A DNA stretch of 8,059 bases from a virus (IMGVR_UViG_2576861205_000005), one strand, 5' to 3'. Shown: positions 1 through 7,756, numbered from the stretch's first letter. Translations and numbers: made by a program. Notes: generated by a model not told the origin, from the letters alone.

Positions 1-1
1 A

Positions 2-1816
2 TACAGCGTGTGGGGGCTGAAGCTGCCGACGCTGCGCCAGCGCCTGTTCCGCTGCGTGAGTATCCGTGAGAACGATGACGGCACGTATGCCATCACCGCC
101 GTGCAGCATGTACCGGAGAAAGAAGCCATCGTGGATAACGGGGCGCACTTTGACGGTGACCAGAGCGGCACGGTGAATGGTGTCACGCCGCCAGCAGTGC
201 AGCACCTGACCGCCGAAGTCACTGCAGACAGCGGGGAATATCAGGTGCTGGCGCGATGGGACACACCGAAGGTGGTGAAGGGCGTGAGCTTCCTGCTCCG
301 TCTGACCGTAACAGCGGACGACGGCAGTGAGCGACTGGTCAGCACGGCCCGGACGACGGAAACCACATACCGCTTCACGCAACTGGCGCTGGGGAACTAC
401 AGGCTGACAGTCCGGGCGGTAAATGCCCGGGGGCAGCAGGGCGATCCGGCGTCGGTATCGTTCCGGATTGCCGCACCGGCAGCACCGTCGAGGATTGAGC
501 TGACGCCGGGCTATTTTCAGATAACCGCCACGCCGCATCTTGCTGTTTATGACCCGACGGTACAGTTTGAGTTCTGGTTCTCGGAAAAGCGGATTACCGA
601 TATCAGGCAGGTTGAAACCACAGCCCGCTATCTTGGTACGGCGCTGTACTGGATAGCCGCCAGTATCAATATCAAACCGGGCCATGATTATTATTTTTAC
701 GTTCGCAGTGTGAACACCGTTGGCAAATCGGCATTCGTGGAGGCTGTCGGTCGGGCGAGCGATGATGCGGAAGGTTACCTGGATTTTTTCAAAGGAGAAA
801 TCGGGAAAACACATCTGGCCCAGGAGTTGTGGACGCAGATTGATAACGGTCAGCTTGCGCCGGACCTGGCTGAAATCAGGACGTCCATTACGAATGTCAG
901 CAATGAAATCACGCAGACCGTCAATAAAAAACTGGAAGACCAGAGCGCGGCAATCCAGCAGATACAGAAAGTTCAGGTTGATACAAATAATAACCTGAAC
1001 AGCATGTGGGCCGTGAAACTGCAGCAGATGAAGGACGGACGCCTTTATATTGCGGGTATCGGAGCCGGTATTGAGAATACGCCAGCAGGTATGCAGAGTC
1101 AGGTGCTTCTGGCTGCTGACCGGATTGCGATGATTAATCCTGCGAATGGCAACACAAAGCCGATGTTTGTTGGTCAGGGCGATCAGATATTCATGAACGA
1201 AGTGTTCCTGAAATACCTGACGGCTCCCACCATTACCAGCGGCGGTAATCCTCCGGCATTTTCCCTGACACCGGACGGGCGGCTGACGGCGAAAAATGCC
1301 GATATCAGCGGTAACGTGAATGCGAACTCCGGGACGCTCAATAATGTCACCATTAACAAGAACTGTGTCATCAGAGGGAAACTGTCTGCAAACCAGATTG
1401 AAGGCGATCTCGTTAAAACAGTGGGTAAGGCTTTCCCCCGGGACTCCCGTGCACCGGAACGGTGGCCATCAGGGACCATCACCGTCAGGGTTTATGACGA
1501 TCAGCCGTTTGACCGGCAGATTGTTATTCCGGCGGTGGCATTCAGCGGCGCTAAACATGAGCGGGAGAATAACGATATTTATTCGTCATGCCGCCTGATA
1601 GTACGGAAAAACGGTGCTGAAATTTATAACCGTACCGCGCTGGATAATACGCTGATTTACAGTGGTGTTATTGATATGCCAGCTGGTCGCGGCCACATGA
1701 CGCTGGAGTTTTCGGTGTCAGCATGGCTGGTGAATAACTGGTATCCCACAGCAAGTATCAGCGATTTGCTGGTTGTGGTGATGAAGAAAGCCACCGCAGG
1801 CATCAGTATCAGCTGA
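2..1816 (+). CDS. J: Tail tip / host specificity protein J, C-terminal portion (5'-partial; the frame is open from the first bases of the window)
   Basis: A 602-aa ORF, open to the window edge, lying immediately upstream of lom-stf-tfa. The translation has Ig/FN3-like repeat character (e.g. ...[10 protein letters not shown]...[22 protein letters not shown]...), as expected for lambda J family central and C-terminal domains. The track's start at 8 is only the first in-frame GTG; the real start is upstream of the window. Confidence 0.85.
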   Translation, partial: YSVWGLKLPTLRQRLFRCVSIRENDDGTYAITAVQHVPEKEAIVDNGAHFDGDQSGTVNGVTPPAVQHLTAEVTADSGEYQVLARWDTPKVVKGVSFLLRLTVTADDGSERLVSTARTTETTYRFTQLALGNYRLTVRAVNARGQQGDPASVSFRIAAPAAPSRIELTPGYFQITATPHLAVYDPTVQFEFWFSEKRITDIRQVETTARYLGTALYWIAASINIKPGHDYYFYVRSVNTVGKSAFVEAVGRASDDAEGYLDFFKGEIGKTHLAQELWTQIDNGQLAPDLAEIRTSITNVSNEITQTVNKKLEDQSAAIQQIQKVQVDTNNNLNSMWAVKLQQMKDGRLYIAGIGAGIENTPAGMQSQVLLAADRIAMINPANGNTKPMFVGQGDQIFMNEVFLKYLTAPTITSGGNPPAFSLTPDGRLTAKNADISGNVNANSGTLNNVTINKNCVIRGKLSANQIEGDLVKTVGKAFPRDSRAPERWPSGTITVRVYDDQPFDRQIVIPAVAFSGAKHERENNDIYSSCRLIVRKNGAEIYNRTALDNTLIYSGVIDMPAGRGHMTLEFSVSAWLVNNWYPTASISDLLVVVMKKATAGISIS

Positions 1817-1834
1817 ATTTTATAACCCATATAC

Positions 1835-1862
1835 GGGCGCCAGAAATGGCGCCTTTTTTATT
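1835..1862 (+). terminator. Rho-independent terminator between J and lom
   Basis: GGCGCC (1836-1841), loop AGAAAT, GGCGCC (1848-1853), followed by TTTTTTATT. Confidence 0.7.
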
Positions 1863-1883
1863 GCAGAAAAGCGAGAGGTAATT

Positions 1884-2483
1884 ATGCGTAAATTATGTGC
1901 AGCCATTTTGTCCGCAGCCATCTGTCTGTCCGTATCCGGTGCGCCTGCATGGGCGTCTGAACATCAGTCCACACTGAGCGCGGGGTATCTTCATGCCCGT
2001 ACGAACGCTCCCGGCAGCGATAATCTGAACGGGATTAACGTGAAATACCGTTATGAGTTTACGGACGCGCTGGGGCTGATTACGTCCTTCAGTTATGCCA
2101 ATGCTGAGGATGAGCAAAAAACGCACTACAGCGATACCCGCTGGCATGAAGATTCCGTGCGTAACCGCTGGTTCAGCGTGATGGCGGGGCCGTCTGTACG
2201 CGTGAATGAATGGTTCAGCGCGTATGCGATGGTGGGTGTGGCTTACAGCCGTGTGTCGACTTTCTCCGGGGATTATCTCCGCGTAACTGACAACAAGGGG
2301 AAAACGCACGATGTGCTGACCGGAAGTGATGACGGTCGCCACAGCAACACCTCTCTGGCGTGGGGGGCTGGCGTGCAGTTTAACCCGACCGAATCCGTGG
2401 CCATTGATATTGCTTATGAAGGCTCCGGCAGTGGCGACTGGCGCACTGACGGTTTCATCGTGGGTGTCGGTTATAAGTTCTGA
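1884..2483 (+). CDS. lom: Lom/Ail/PagC-family 8-stranded beta-barrel outer membrane protein (prophage lysogenic-conversion gene)
   Basis: 199 aa. N-terminal signal peptide MRKLCAAILSAAICLSVSGAPAWA. C-terminus ...SGSGDWRTDGFIVGVGYKF with the terminal aromatic typical of OMP barrels and of lambda Lom. GAGAGG ribosome-binding site 5-10 nt upstream of the ATG. Position between J and stf is as in lambda. Confidence 0.9.
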   Translation: MRKLCAAILSAAICLSVSGAPAWASEHQSTLSAGYLHARTNAPGSDNLNGINVKYRYEFTDALGLITSFSYANAEDEQKTHYSDTRWHEDSVRNRWFSVMAGPSVRVNEWFSAYAMVGVAYSRVSTFSGDYLRVTDNKGKTHDVLTGSDDGRHSNTSLAWGAGVQFNPTESVAIDIAYEGSGSGDWRTDGFIVGVGYKF

Positions 2484-2509
2484 TTAGCCAGGTAACACAG
2501 TGTTATGAC

Positions 2510-2537
2510 AGCCCGCCGGTTCAGGCGGGCTTTTTTG
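2510..2537 (+). terminator. Rho-independent terminator downstream of lom
   Basis: AGCCCGCC (2510-2517), loop GGTTCA, GGCGGGCT (2524-2531), then TTTTTT (2531-2536). Confidence 0.75.
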
Positions 2538-2547
2538 TGGAGTGGAT

Positions 2548-5526
2548 ATGGCAGCAGTAAAAATCTCAGGTGTGCTGAAAGATGGTGCGGGAAAACCAAT
2601 ACAGAACTGCACTATTCAACTGAAGGCAAAGCGTAACAGCACCACGGTACTGGTGAACACGGTGGCCTCTGAAAATCCGGATGAAGCCGGGCGTTACAGT
2701 ATGGACGTTGAGTATGGTCAGTACAGCGTCACCCTGCTGGTTGAAGGTTTTCCACCTTCACATGCCGGGACCATTACCGTCTATGAAGGTTCCAGACCAG
2801 GTACGCTGAATGATTTTCTCGGTGCCATGACGGAGGATGATGTCCGACCGGAGGCACTGCGCCGCTTTGAGCAGATGGTGGAAGAGGTGTCACGTAACGC
2901 CTCCGCGGTTGCACAGAATACGGCAGCCGCGAAAAAATCAGCCAGCGATGCCAGTGCATCAGCCAGCGAGGCGGCAACTCATGCAACCGATGCTGCAGCC
3001 TCAGCACGTGCCGCCAGCACGTCAGCCGGACAGGCCGCGTCGTCGGCTCAGTCAGCGTCTTCCAGCGCAGGAACGGCATCGACAAAGGCCCGTGAAGCAG
3101 CAAAAAGTGCTGCTGCTGCAGAGTCATCAAAAAGCGCGGCAGCTACCAGCGCCAGTGCCGCGAAAACGTCAGAAACGAATGCCGCAGCGTCACAACAATC
3201 AGCAGCCACTTCTGCATCCACCGCGACCACGAAAGCGTCAGAAGCAGCCACTTCAGCACGGGATGCGTCGGCTTCAAAAGAGGCGGCAAAATCATCAGAA
3301 ACGAACGCAGCCTCGAGCGCCAGCAGCGCAGCTTCCTCGGCAACGGCGGCAGCAAATTCTGCGAAGGCGGCAAAAACGTCCGAGACGAACGCCAGGTCTT
3401 CTGAAACGGCAGCGGGACAGAGCGCCTCAGCTGCGGCAGACTCAAAAACAGCGGCTGCATTATCTGCCAGTGCCGCGTCAACAAGTGCCGGGCAGGCCTC
3501 AGCCAGTGCCACCGCCGCCGGAAAATCGGCAGAAAGTGCTGCATCGTCTGCTTCAACAGCCACAACGAAGGCTGGCGAAGCCGCTGTACAGGCCAGCGCA
3601 GCAGCGAGGTCTGCTTCCGCAGCGAAGACATCCAAGACGAACGCGAAAGCGTCGGAAACCAGCGCAGAATCCTCAAAAACGGCTGCCGCATCGTCCGCCA
3701 GTTCGGCGGCGTCATCGGCATCATCTGCGTCTGCTTCAAAAGATGAGGCGACCAGACAGGCGTCAGCAGCAAAGGGCAGCGCCACGACGGCATCCACGAA
3801 GGCGACAGAGGCAGCTGGCAGTGCGACGGCGGCAGCTCAGAGCAAAAGTACGGCGGAATCCGCGGCAACGCGCGCTGAGACAGCGGCAAAACGGGCAGAG
3901 GATATTGCATCCGCCGTGGCGCTTGAGGATGCGAGCACGACGAAAAAGGGGATAGTACAGCTCAGCAGTGCGACTAACAGCACTTCCGAGTCACTGGCGG
4001 CAACGCCAAAAGCCGTTAAGGCCGCGTATGAGCTGGCTAACGGGAAATACACCGCACAGGATGCAACGACAGCACAGAAAGGGATAGTTCAGCTTAGCAA
4101 CGCGACCAACAGCACATCTGAAATGCTGGCGGCAACGCCAAAGTCGGTAAAGGCAGCCTATGACCTTGCTAACGGGAAATATACTGCTCAGGACGCTACG
4201 ACAGCACAAAAAGGAATTGTCCAGCTCAGTAGTGCAACCAACAGCGCATCTGAAACGCTTGCCGCGACACCGAAAGCAGTGAAAGCAGCTAATAATAATG
4301 CGAATGGTCGGGTACCTTCTGCCCGTAAGGTGAATGGTAAGGCGCTTTCAGCGGATATAACACTGACGCCGAAAGATATTGGTACGCTTAACTCAACAAC
4401 AATGTCATTCAGCGGTGGTGCTGGTTGGTTCAAATTAGCAACGGTAACCATGCCACAGGCGAGTTCTGTTGTTTCAATTACGTTGATTGGTGGTGCGGGA
4501 TTTAACGTGGGGTCACCTCAACAGGCAGGTATATCTGAACTTGTTTTGCGTGCAGGTAATGGTAATCCGAAGGGGATTACTGGTGCTTTATGGCAGCGCA
4601 CATCGACAGGGTTTACAAATTTTGCCTGGGTCAATACATCTGGTGATACTTACGATATTTACGTTGCAATCGGAAATTATGCGACTGGTGTAAATATTCA
4701 ATGGGATTATACCAGTAATGCCAGCGTGACGATTCATACGTCACCAGCATATTCTGCTAATAAGCCGGAAGGGTTAACGGACGGTACAGTTTATTCACTC
4801 TATACGCCATCAGAGCAGTTTTATCCGCCTGGCGCACCAATCCCGTGGCCATCAGATACCGTTCCGTCTGGCTATGCCCTGATGCAGGGGCAGACTTTTG
4901 ACAAATCTGCATACCCGAAACTTGCAGCCGCTTATCCGTCAGGCGTGATCCCTGATATGCGTGGCTGGACGATTAAGGGCAAACCCGCCAGTGGTCGTGC
5001 CGTATTGTCTCAGGAACAGGACGGCATTAAATCGCACACCCACAGCGCCAGCGCATCCAGTACGGATTTGGGGACGAAAAACACATCGTCGTTTGATTAC
5101 GGAACCAAATCCACGAATAACACCGGGGCGCATACGCACAGTCTGAGTGGCTCTACGGGGTCTGCCGGTGATCATACTCATGGTAATGGTATTCGTTGGC
5201 CAGGAGGCGGCGGTTCTGCGTTAGCATTTTATGATGGCGGTGGGTTCACTTATGTCCAGGATTCACAGTATCAAGTAAGCCCGGGGACTTCTTCCCGTAG
5301 ATCGTATTATCAACGTATTCAGACACAGTCAGCAGGTGCTCATACCCACTCGCTGTCTGGTACTGCAGCAAGTTCTGGCGCACATGCACATACTGTAGGT
5401 ATTGGTGCGCATACGCACTCCGTTGCGATTGGTTCACATGGACACACCATCACCGTTAACGCTGCTGGTAACGCGGAAAACACCGTCAAAAACATCGCAT
5501 TTAACTATATTGTGAGGCTTGCATAA
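2548..5526 (+). CDS. stf: Side tail fibre protein (lambda Stf family), long variant with expanded Ala/Ser-rich shaft, tandem 44-aa repeats and His-x-His-rich C-terminal tip
   Basis: The ORF track starts at GTG 2542. I prefer ATG 2548, which has GGAG 5 nt upstream and gives [27 protein letters not shown]..., matching my recollection of the lambda Stf N-terminus. C-terminus ...[31 protein letters not shown]. The stop overlaps the tfa start (TAATG). Confidence 0.9.
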   Translation: MAAVKISGVLKDGAGKPIQNCTIQLKAKRNSTTVLVNTVASENPDEAGRYSMDVEYGQYSVTLLVEGFPPSHAGTITVYEGSRPGTLNDFLGAMTEDDVRPEALRRFEQMVEEVSRNASAVAQNTAAAKKSASDASASASEAATHATDAAASARAASTSAGQAASSAQSASSSAGTASTKAREAAKSAAAAESSKSAAATSASAAKTSETNAAASQQSAATSASTATTKASEAATSARDASASKEAAKSSETNAASSASSAASSATAAANSAKAAKTSETNARSSETAAGQSASAAADSKTAAALSASAASTSAGQASASATAAGKSAESAASSASTATTKAGEAAVQASAAARSASAAKTSKTNAKASETSAESSKTAAASSASSAASSASSASASKDEATRQASAAKGSATTASTKATEAAGSATAAAQSKSTAESAATRAETAAKRAEDIASAVALEDASTTKKGIVQLSSATNSTSESLAATPKAVKAAYELANGKYTAQDATTAQKGIVQLSNATNSTSEMLAATPKSVKAAYDLANGKYTAQDATTAQKGIVQLSSATNSASETLAATPKAVKAANNNANGRVPSARKVNGKALSADITLTPKDIGTLNSTTMSFSGGAGWFKLATVTMPQASSVVSITLIGGAGFNVGSPQQAGISELVLRAGNGNPKGITGALWQRTSTGFTNFAWVNTSGDTYDIYVAIGNYATGVNIQWDYTSNASVTIHTSPAYSANKPEGLTDGTVYSLYTPSEQFYPPGAPIPWPSDTVPSGYALMQGQTFDKSAYPKLAAAYPSGVIPDMRGWTIKGKPASGRAVLSQEQDGIKSHTHSASASSTDLGTKNTSSFDYGTKSTNNTGAHTHSLSGSTGSAGDHTHGNGIRWPGGGGSALAFYDGGGFTYVQDSQYQVSPGTSSRRSYYQRIQTQSAGAHTHSLSGTAASSGAHAHTVGIGAHTHSVAIGSHGHTITVNAAGNAENTVKNIAFNYIVRLA
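3943..4290 (+). repeat. In-frame tandem repeat inside stf: 2.7 copies of a 132-bp (44-aa) unit
   Basis: Units begin at 3946, 4078 and 4210 (period exactly 132 nt). Encoded peptide is KGIVQLS(S/N)ATNS(T/A)SE(S/M/T)LAATPK(A/S)VKAAY(E/D)[15 protein letters not shown]. Copies differ mostly at synonymous positions; the third copy is truncated. Confidence 0.9.
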
Positions 5527-6110
5527 TGGCATTCAGAATGAGTGAACAAGCACGGACCATAAAAATTTATAATCTGCTGGCCGGAACTAATGAATTTATT
5601 GGTGAAGGTGACGCATATATTCCGCCTCATACAGGTCTGCCAGCAAACAGTACCGATATTGCACCACCAGATATTCCTGCTGGCTTTGTGGCTGTTTTCA
5701 ACAGTGATGAGGCATCGTGGCATCTCGTTGAAGACCATCGGGGTAAAACGGTTTATGACGTAGCGTCAGGGGACGAGTTATTTATTTCTGAACTCGGTCC
5801 GTTACCGGAAAATGTTACCTGGTTATCGCCGGAAGGGGAGTTTCAGAAGTGGAACGGCACAGCCTGGGTGAAGGATACGGAAGCAGAAAAAATGTTCCGG
5901 ATCCGGGAGGCGGAAGAAACAAAAAACAACCTGATGCAGGTAGCCAGTGAGCATATTGCGCCGCTTCAGGATGCTGCAGATCTGGAAATTGCAACGGAGG
6001 AAGAAACCTCATTGCTGGAAGCCTGGAAAAAGTATCGGGTGTTGCTGAACCGTGTTGATACATCAACTGCACCTGATATTGAGTGGCCTACGAACCCTGT
6101 CAGGGAGTAA
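5526..6110 (+). CDS. tfa: Tail fibre assembly protein (lambda Tfa family)
   Basis: 194 aa, [44 protein letters not shown]..., the same length and near-identical start to lambda Tfa as I recall it. Start overlaps the stf stop. Confidence 0.9.
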   Translation: MAFRMSEQARTIKIYNLLAGTNEFIGEGDAYIPPHTGLPANSTDIAPPDIPAGFVAVFNSDEASWHLVEDHRGKTVYDVASGDELFISELGPLPENVTWLSPEGEFQKWNGTAWVKDTEAEKMFRIREAEETKNNLMQVASEHIAPLQDAADLEIATEEETSLLEAWKKYRVLLNRVDTSTAPDIEWPTNPVRE

Positions 6111-6159
6111 TCATTGGGATTATGCCGCAGCACGTCTTAAGCGAGAACGTGCTGCGGTT
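5946..6159 (+). repeat. Direct repeat copy 1 (tfa 3' end plus downstream hairpin), left flank of the cargo gene
   Basis: agtgagcatattgcgccgcttcaggatgctgcagatctggaaattgcaacggaggaagaa...cctgtcagggagtaatcattgggattatgccgcag...gtgctgcggtt recurs at 6995-7209 with scattered substitutions. Confidence 0.9.
6125..6157. terminator. Perfect 11-bp stem / 11-nt loop hairpin between convergent tfa and methyltransferase genes; putative bidirectional terminator or recombination-associated structure
   Basis: CCGCAGCACGT (6125-6135), loop CTTAAGCGAGA, ACGTGCTGCGG (6147-6157). There is no T-run immediately after the stem, so the terminator role is uncertain. It lies inside the direct repeat. Confidence 0.45.
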
Positions 6160-6164
6160 GGATG

Positions 6165-6833
6165 CTATTTTTTCCCTGAAGCGGAAAACATTACTACAGT
6201 ACCTTGAACCTTGGTTTTAACATTCTCGAAATGCTCTGAGAGTATATGTGTTAAGCCTTCTTCGGAATCTTTTGTGTTTGAAAAGATGCCTTTCTGATTG
6301 TAAATGCGCATCAGTTTTTGACCGAAGCTATTGTGCACAACTCCATCGCCAAGAATTGTGGCTCCGTATAGAGTTCCATCGTCAGTTAAGGCCTGCGCCG
6401 CATTGCGTATTACACAGCTTTTTGTAGATATATTTCCAGGCAGGCAGTGAAGAAGGTAAAACATGGAAATGGAATCAAATTGACCATGTAACGCCGCGGG
6501 ATAAGGTTCAAAAACATCATGGCTAATTTTATGTTTAATTTTTGATTCCCCAGCCCTTGTAGATGCCGCGTTCAGGCTAGCTTCGTTCAAATCCATTAAA
6601 GATATCAGACTACTCTCAGGTACGTGAGTAAGGTAAAACCCAGTTCCAACACCAATATCCAGATGGTTGTTACCTACATGTTCCAGAAAGTGTGGAAGAA
6701 GGTGTTCCTTTGTAGGACATCCCCATGCAAGCCGATTTGATACTCCCAAAACCCACCAGTCATAAAGCTTTAGGGTAAGTGGTGTGTAAATTTTAGCCCC
6801 ATCATCTGTGTTTTTTTTCATTGATTTCACCAT
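6165..6833 (-). CDS. Class I (Rossmann-fold) SAM-dependent methyltransferase, small-molecule/RNA/protein type; prophage cargo (moron) gene
   Basis: 222 aa. Motif I HLDIGVGTGFY; acidic post-I residue in ISLMD; motif II-like FDSISMFYLLHCLP; motif III-like LTDDGTLYG. Upstream YDWW...RLAW spacing resembles UbiE/COQ5-type enzymes. No DPPY/NPPY or PCQ DNA-methyltransferase motifs. Opposite strand to all phage genes. Start is ambiguous: the first ATG (6831-6833) has no Shine-Dalgarno, whereas the in-frame ATG at 6819-6821 (Met5) has GGTG upstream. Confidence 0.75.
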   Translation of the reverse strand: MVKSMKKNTDDGAKIYTPLTLKLYDWWVLGVSNRLAWGCPTKEHLLPHFLEHVGNNHLDIGVGTGFYLTHVPESSLISLMDLNEASLNAASTRAGESKIKHKISHDVFEPYPAALHGQFDSISMFYLLHCLPGNISTKSCVIRNAAQALTDDGTLYGATILGDGVVHNSFGQKLMRIYNQKGIFSNTKDSEEGLTHILSEHFENVKTKVQGTVVMFSASGKK

Positions 6834-6889
6834 GTTATAGTTTTATTTGTGAATTAAATCAATTATGGCGATGAATTACAAGGGGTTAA
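6834..6889. promoter_or_regulatory. AT-rich divergent intergenic region; candidate promoter(s) for the methyltransferase (minus) and the tfa-C fragment ORF (plus)
   Basis: 56 bp of AT-rich sequence (ttatagttttatttgtgaattaaatcaattatgg...) between two divergent starts. No -35/-10 was confidently assigned. Confidence 0.3.
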
Positions 6890-7159
6890 ATGCTGCCGCA
6901 GCATAGCGATATTGAAATAGCCTGGTATGCTTCGATACAGCAGGAGCCGAATGGCTGGAAGACCGTCACCACACAGTTCTACATCCAGGAATTCAGTGAG
7001 TATATTGCGCCACTGCAGGATGCTGTAGATCTGGAAATCGCAACGGAGGAAGAAAGATCGTTGCTGGAGGCATGGAATAAATATCGGGTATTGTTGAATC
7101 GTGTTGATACATCAACTGCACCTGATATTGAGTGGCCTGCAAATCCTGTCAGGGAGTAA
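6890..7159 (+). pseudogene. Truncated/chimeric tail fibre assembly protein: novel 35-aa N-terminus fused to the conserved Tfa C-terminal ~54 aa
   Basis: [37 protein letters not shown] then [52 protein letters not shown], against tfa ...[58 protein letters not shown] ribosome-binding site 4 nt before the ATG. It may still be expressed. Confidence 0.6.
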
Positions 7160-7209
7160 TCATTGGGATTATGCCGCAGACACGTCGTATGCAGGAACGT
7201 GCTGCGGTT
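6995..7209 (+). repeat. Direct repeat copy 2 (tfa 3' end plus degenerate hairpin), right flank of the cargo gene
   Basis: Homologous to 5946-6159. The hairpin here carries a 1-nt bulge (CCGCAGACACGT ... ACGTGCTGCGG, 7174-7207). Confidence 0.9.
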
Positions 7210-7273
7210 AGTTTGTGAGCTTTCGATAGTGGTTGTTATTTTTGCCCTTATTTGTTCCGGAGGCCATGGTTCA

Positions 7274-7444
7274 ATGGTCCGTCTGCCCCCTGTGGTGATG
7301 TCAGCAAAATCAGCCACTGCGCGAACCACAATAGCCCGGGAAGATGCTGAAGATCACCAGGTAAAGCTATCAGCGCAGAAACTGGAAGAACTGCTCGCAT
7401 CAATGGTTAAGGATGAGGTTGATCGCAATGATGGGATTTATTGA
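7274..7444 (+). CDS. Hypothetical small protein (56 aa), prophage-end ORF of unknown function
   Basis: GGAGG at 7259-7263, 10 nt upstream of ATG 7274. Product MVRLPPVVMSAKSATARTTIAREDAEDHQVKLSAQKLEELLASMVKDEVDRNDGIY. The stop overlaps a 14-codon ORF (ATGA junction at ~7428-7444). The longer track ORF from 7163 begins inside the tfa repeat, so I do not take that start as real. No family recognised. Confidence 0.25.
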   Translation: MVRLPPVVMSAKSATARTTIAREDAEDHQVKLSAQKLEELLASMVKDEVDRNDGIY

Positions 7445-7559
7445 CGTCAGCGAGAGCAGAAGGAAGAACTGAATAACCTGAATGATTTACGCTCAATCAG
7501 AGCGATGATGATTGGCAGTAATTAGCGGTCAATTTCGGTTTTTTTGGCTGTGCGCTCCC

Positions 7560-7756
7560 CGCCCAGCATTGCGCGTCAATTAGCCCCAAAAAAACGAAAA
7601 AGTTACAATCAAGTAAAAAATTCCTTCTGCAAAACTAAAAAAGATTTCAATAAAATCAGACAGTTAAAAACATAAAAAAAAGGTACAAAAAAACATCTCA
7701 AAGTCTTGTTTTTTGCTTCAAATACAATTGGTTATTGTGTTTTTTGAAACCTACCA
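7560..7756. other. AT-rich non-coding tract at the prophage end; candidate attachment-site arm (attR-type P arm) abutting the host ompW fragment
   Basis: About 200 bp with long A/T runs (cccaaaaaaacgaaaaagttacaatcaagtaaaaaatt...cataaaaaaaaggtacaaaaaaacatc...) and no ORF of 60 aa or more on either strand, immediately before the ompW-like reading frame. Confidence 0.4.

Larger units (their letters stand above)
1..7756 (+). mobile_element. Lambda-like (lambdoid) prophage, right/late arm: tail tip, lom, side tail fibre, tail fibre assembly and a cargo region, ending at a putative att junction
   Basis: Gene order J-lom-stf-tfa on one strand matches the lambda late region. stf/tfa overlap as TAATG. 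Host-like ompW 3' end and a convergent gene begin after ~7757. Right boundary is approximate. Confidence 0.8.

Noticed and set aside
720-1598. Small ORFs 720-998 (+), 1183-1482 (-) and 1320-1598 (+) inside J
   Set aside because: Alternative-frame or antisense ORFs nested in a well-supported long coding frame, with no ribosome-binding sites or recognisable products.
1893-2342. 149-aa minus-strand ORF antisense to lom
   Set aside because: Entirely antisense to lom, which has a signal peptide and a conserved OMP C-terminus; the antisense product has no recognisable features.
2837-3955. 372-aa plus-strand ORF, and minus-strand ORFs 3048-3797 and 3143-3910, overlapping stf
   Set aside because: They lie wholly inside the Ala/Ser-rich stf shaft in alternative frames. 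Their products are extreme low-complexity (Arg/Pro/Gln-rich or Ala/Asp-rich) and are explained by GC-rich, GCN-biased coding sequence lacking stops, not by real genes.
3943-4290. Possible CRISPR array suggested by regular repeats
   Set aside because: The repeats are 132 bp, directly tandem with no spacers, in frame inside a coding sequence, and divergent at synonymous sites. This is a protein-module duplication, not CRISPR.
4487-6072. Short ORFs 4487-4693 (+), 4939-5181 (-), 4961-5146 (+), 5246-5437 (-), 5505-5738 (-) and 5815-6072 (-)
   Set aside because: All are nested in alternative frames or antisense within stf or tfa, and none has a recognisable product or start context.
6165-6833. Interpretation of the methyltransferase as a DNA methyltransferase of a restriction-modification or anti-restriction system
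   Set aside because: No DPPY/NPPY (N6/N4) or PCQ/ENV (C5) catalytic motifs, no target-recognition domain, and a size and motif arrangement typical of small-molecule class I methyltransferases. No adjacent restriction endonuclease candidate.
6979-7329. 116-aa minus-strand ORF
   Set aside because: Antisense to the tfa-repeat ORF and spanning the repeat boundary, with no translation signals; most likely spurious.
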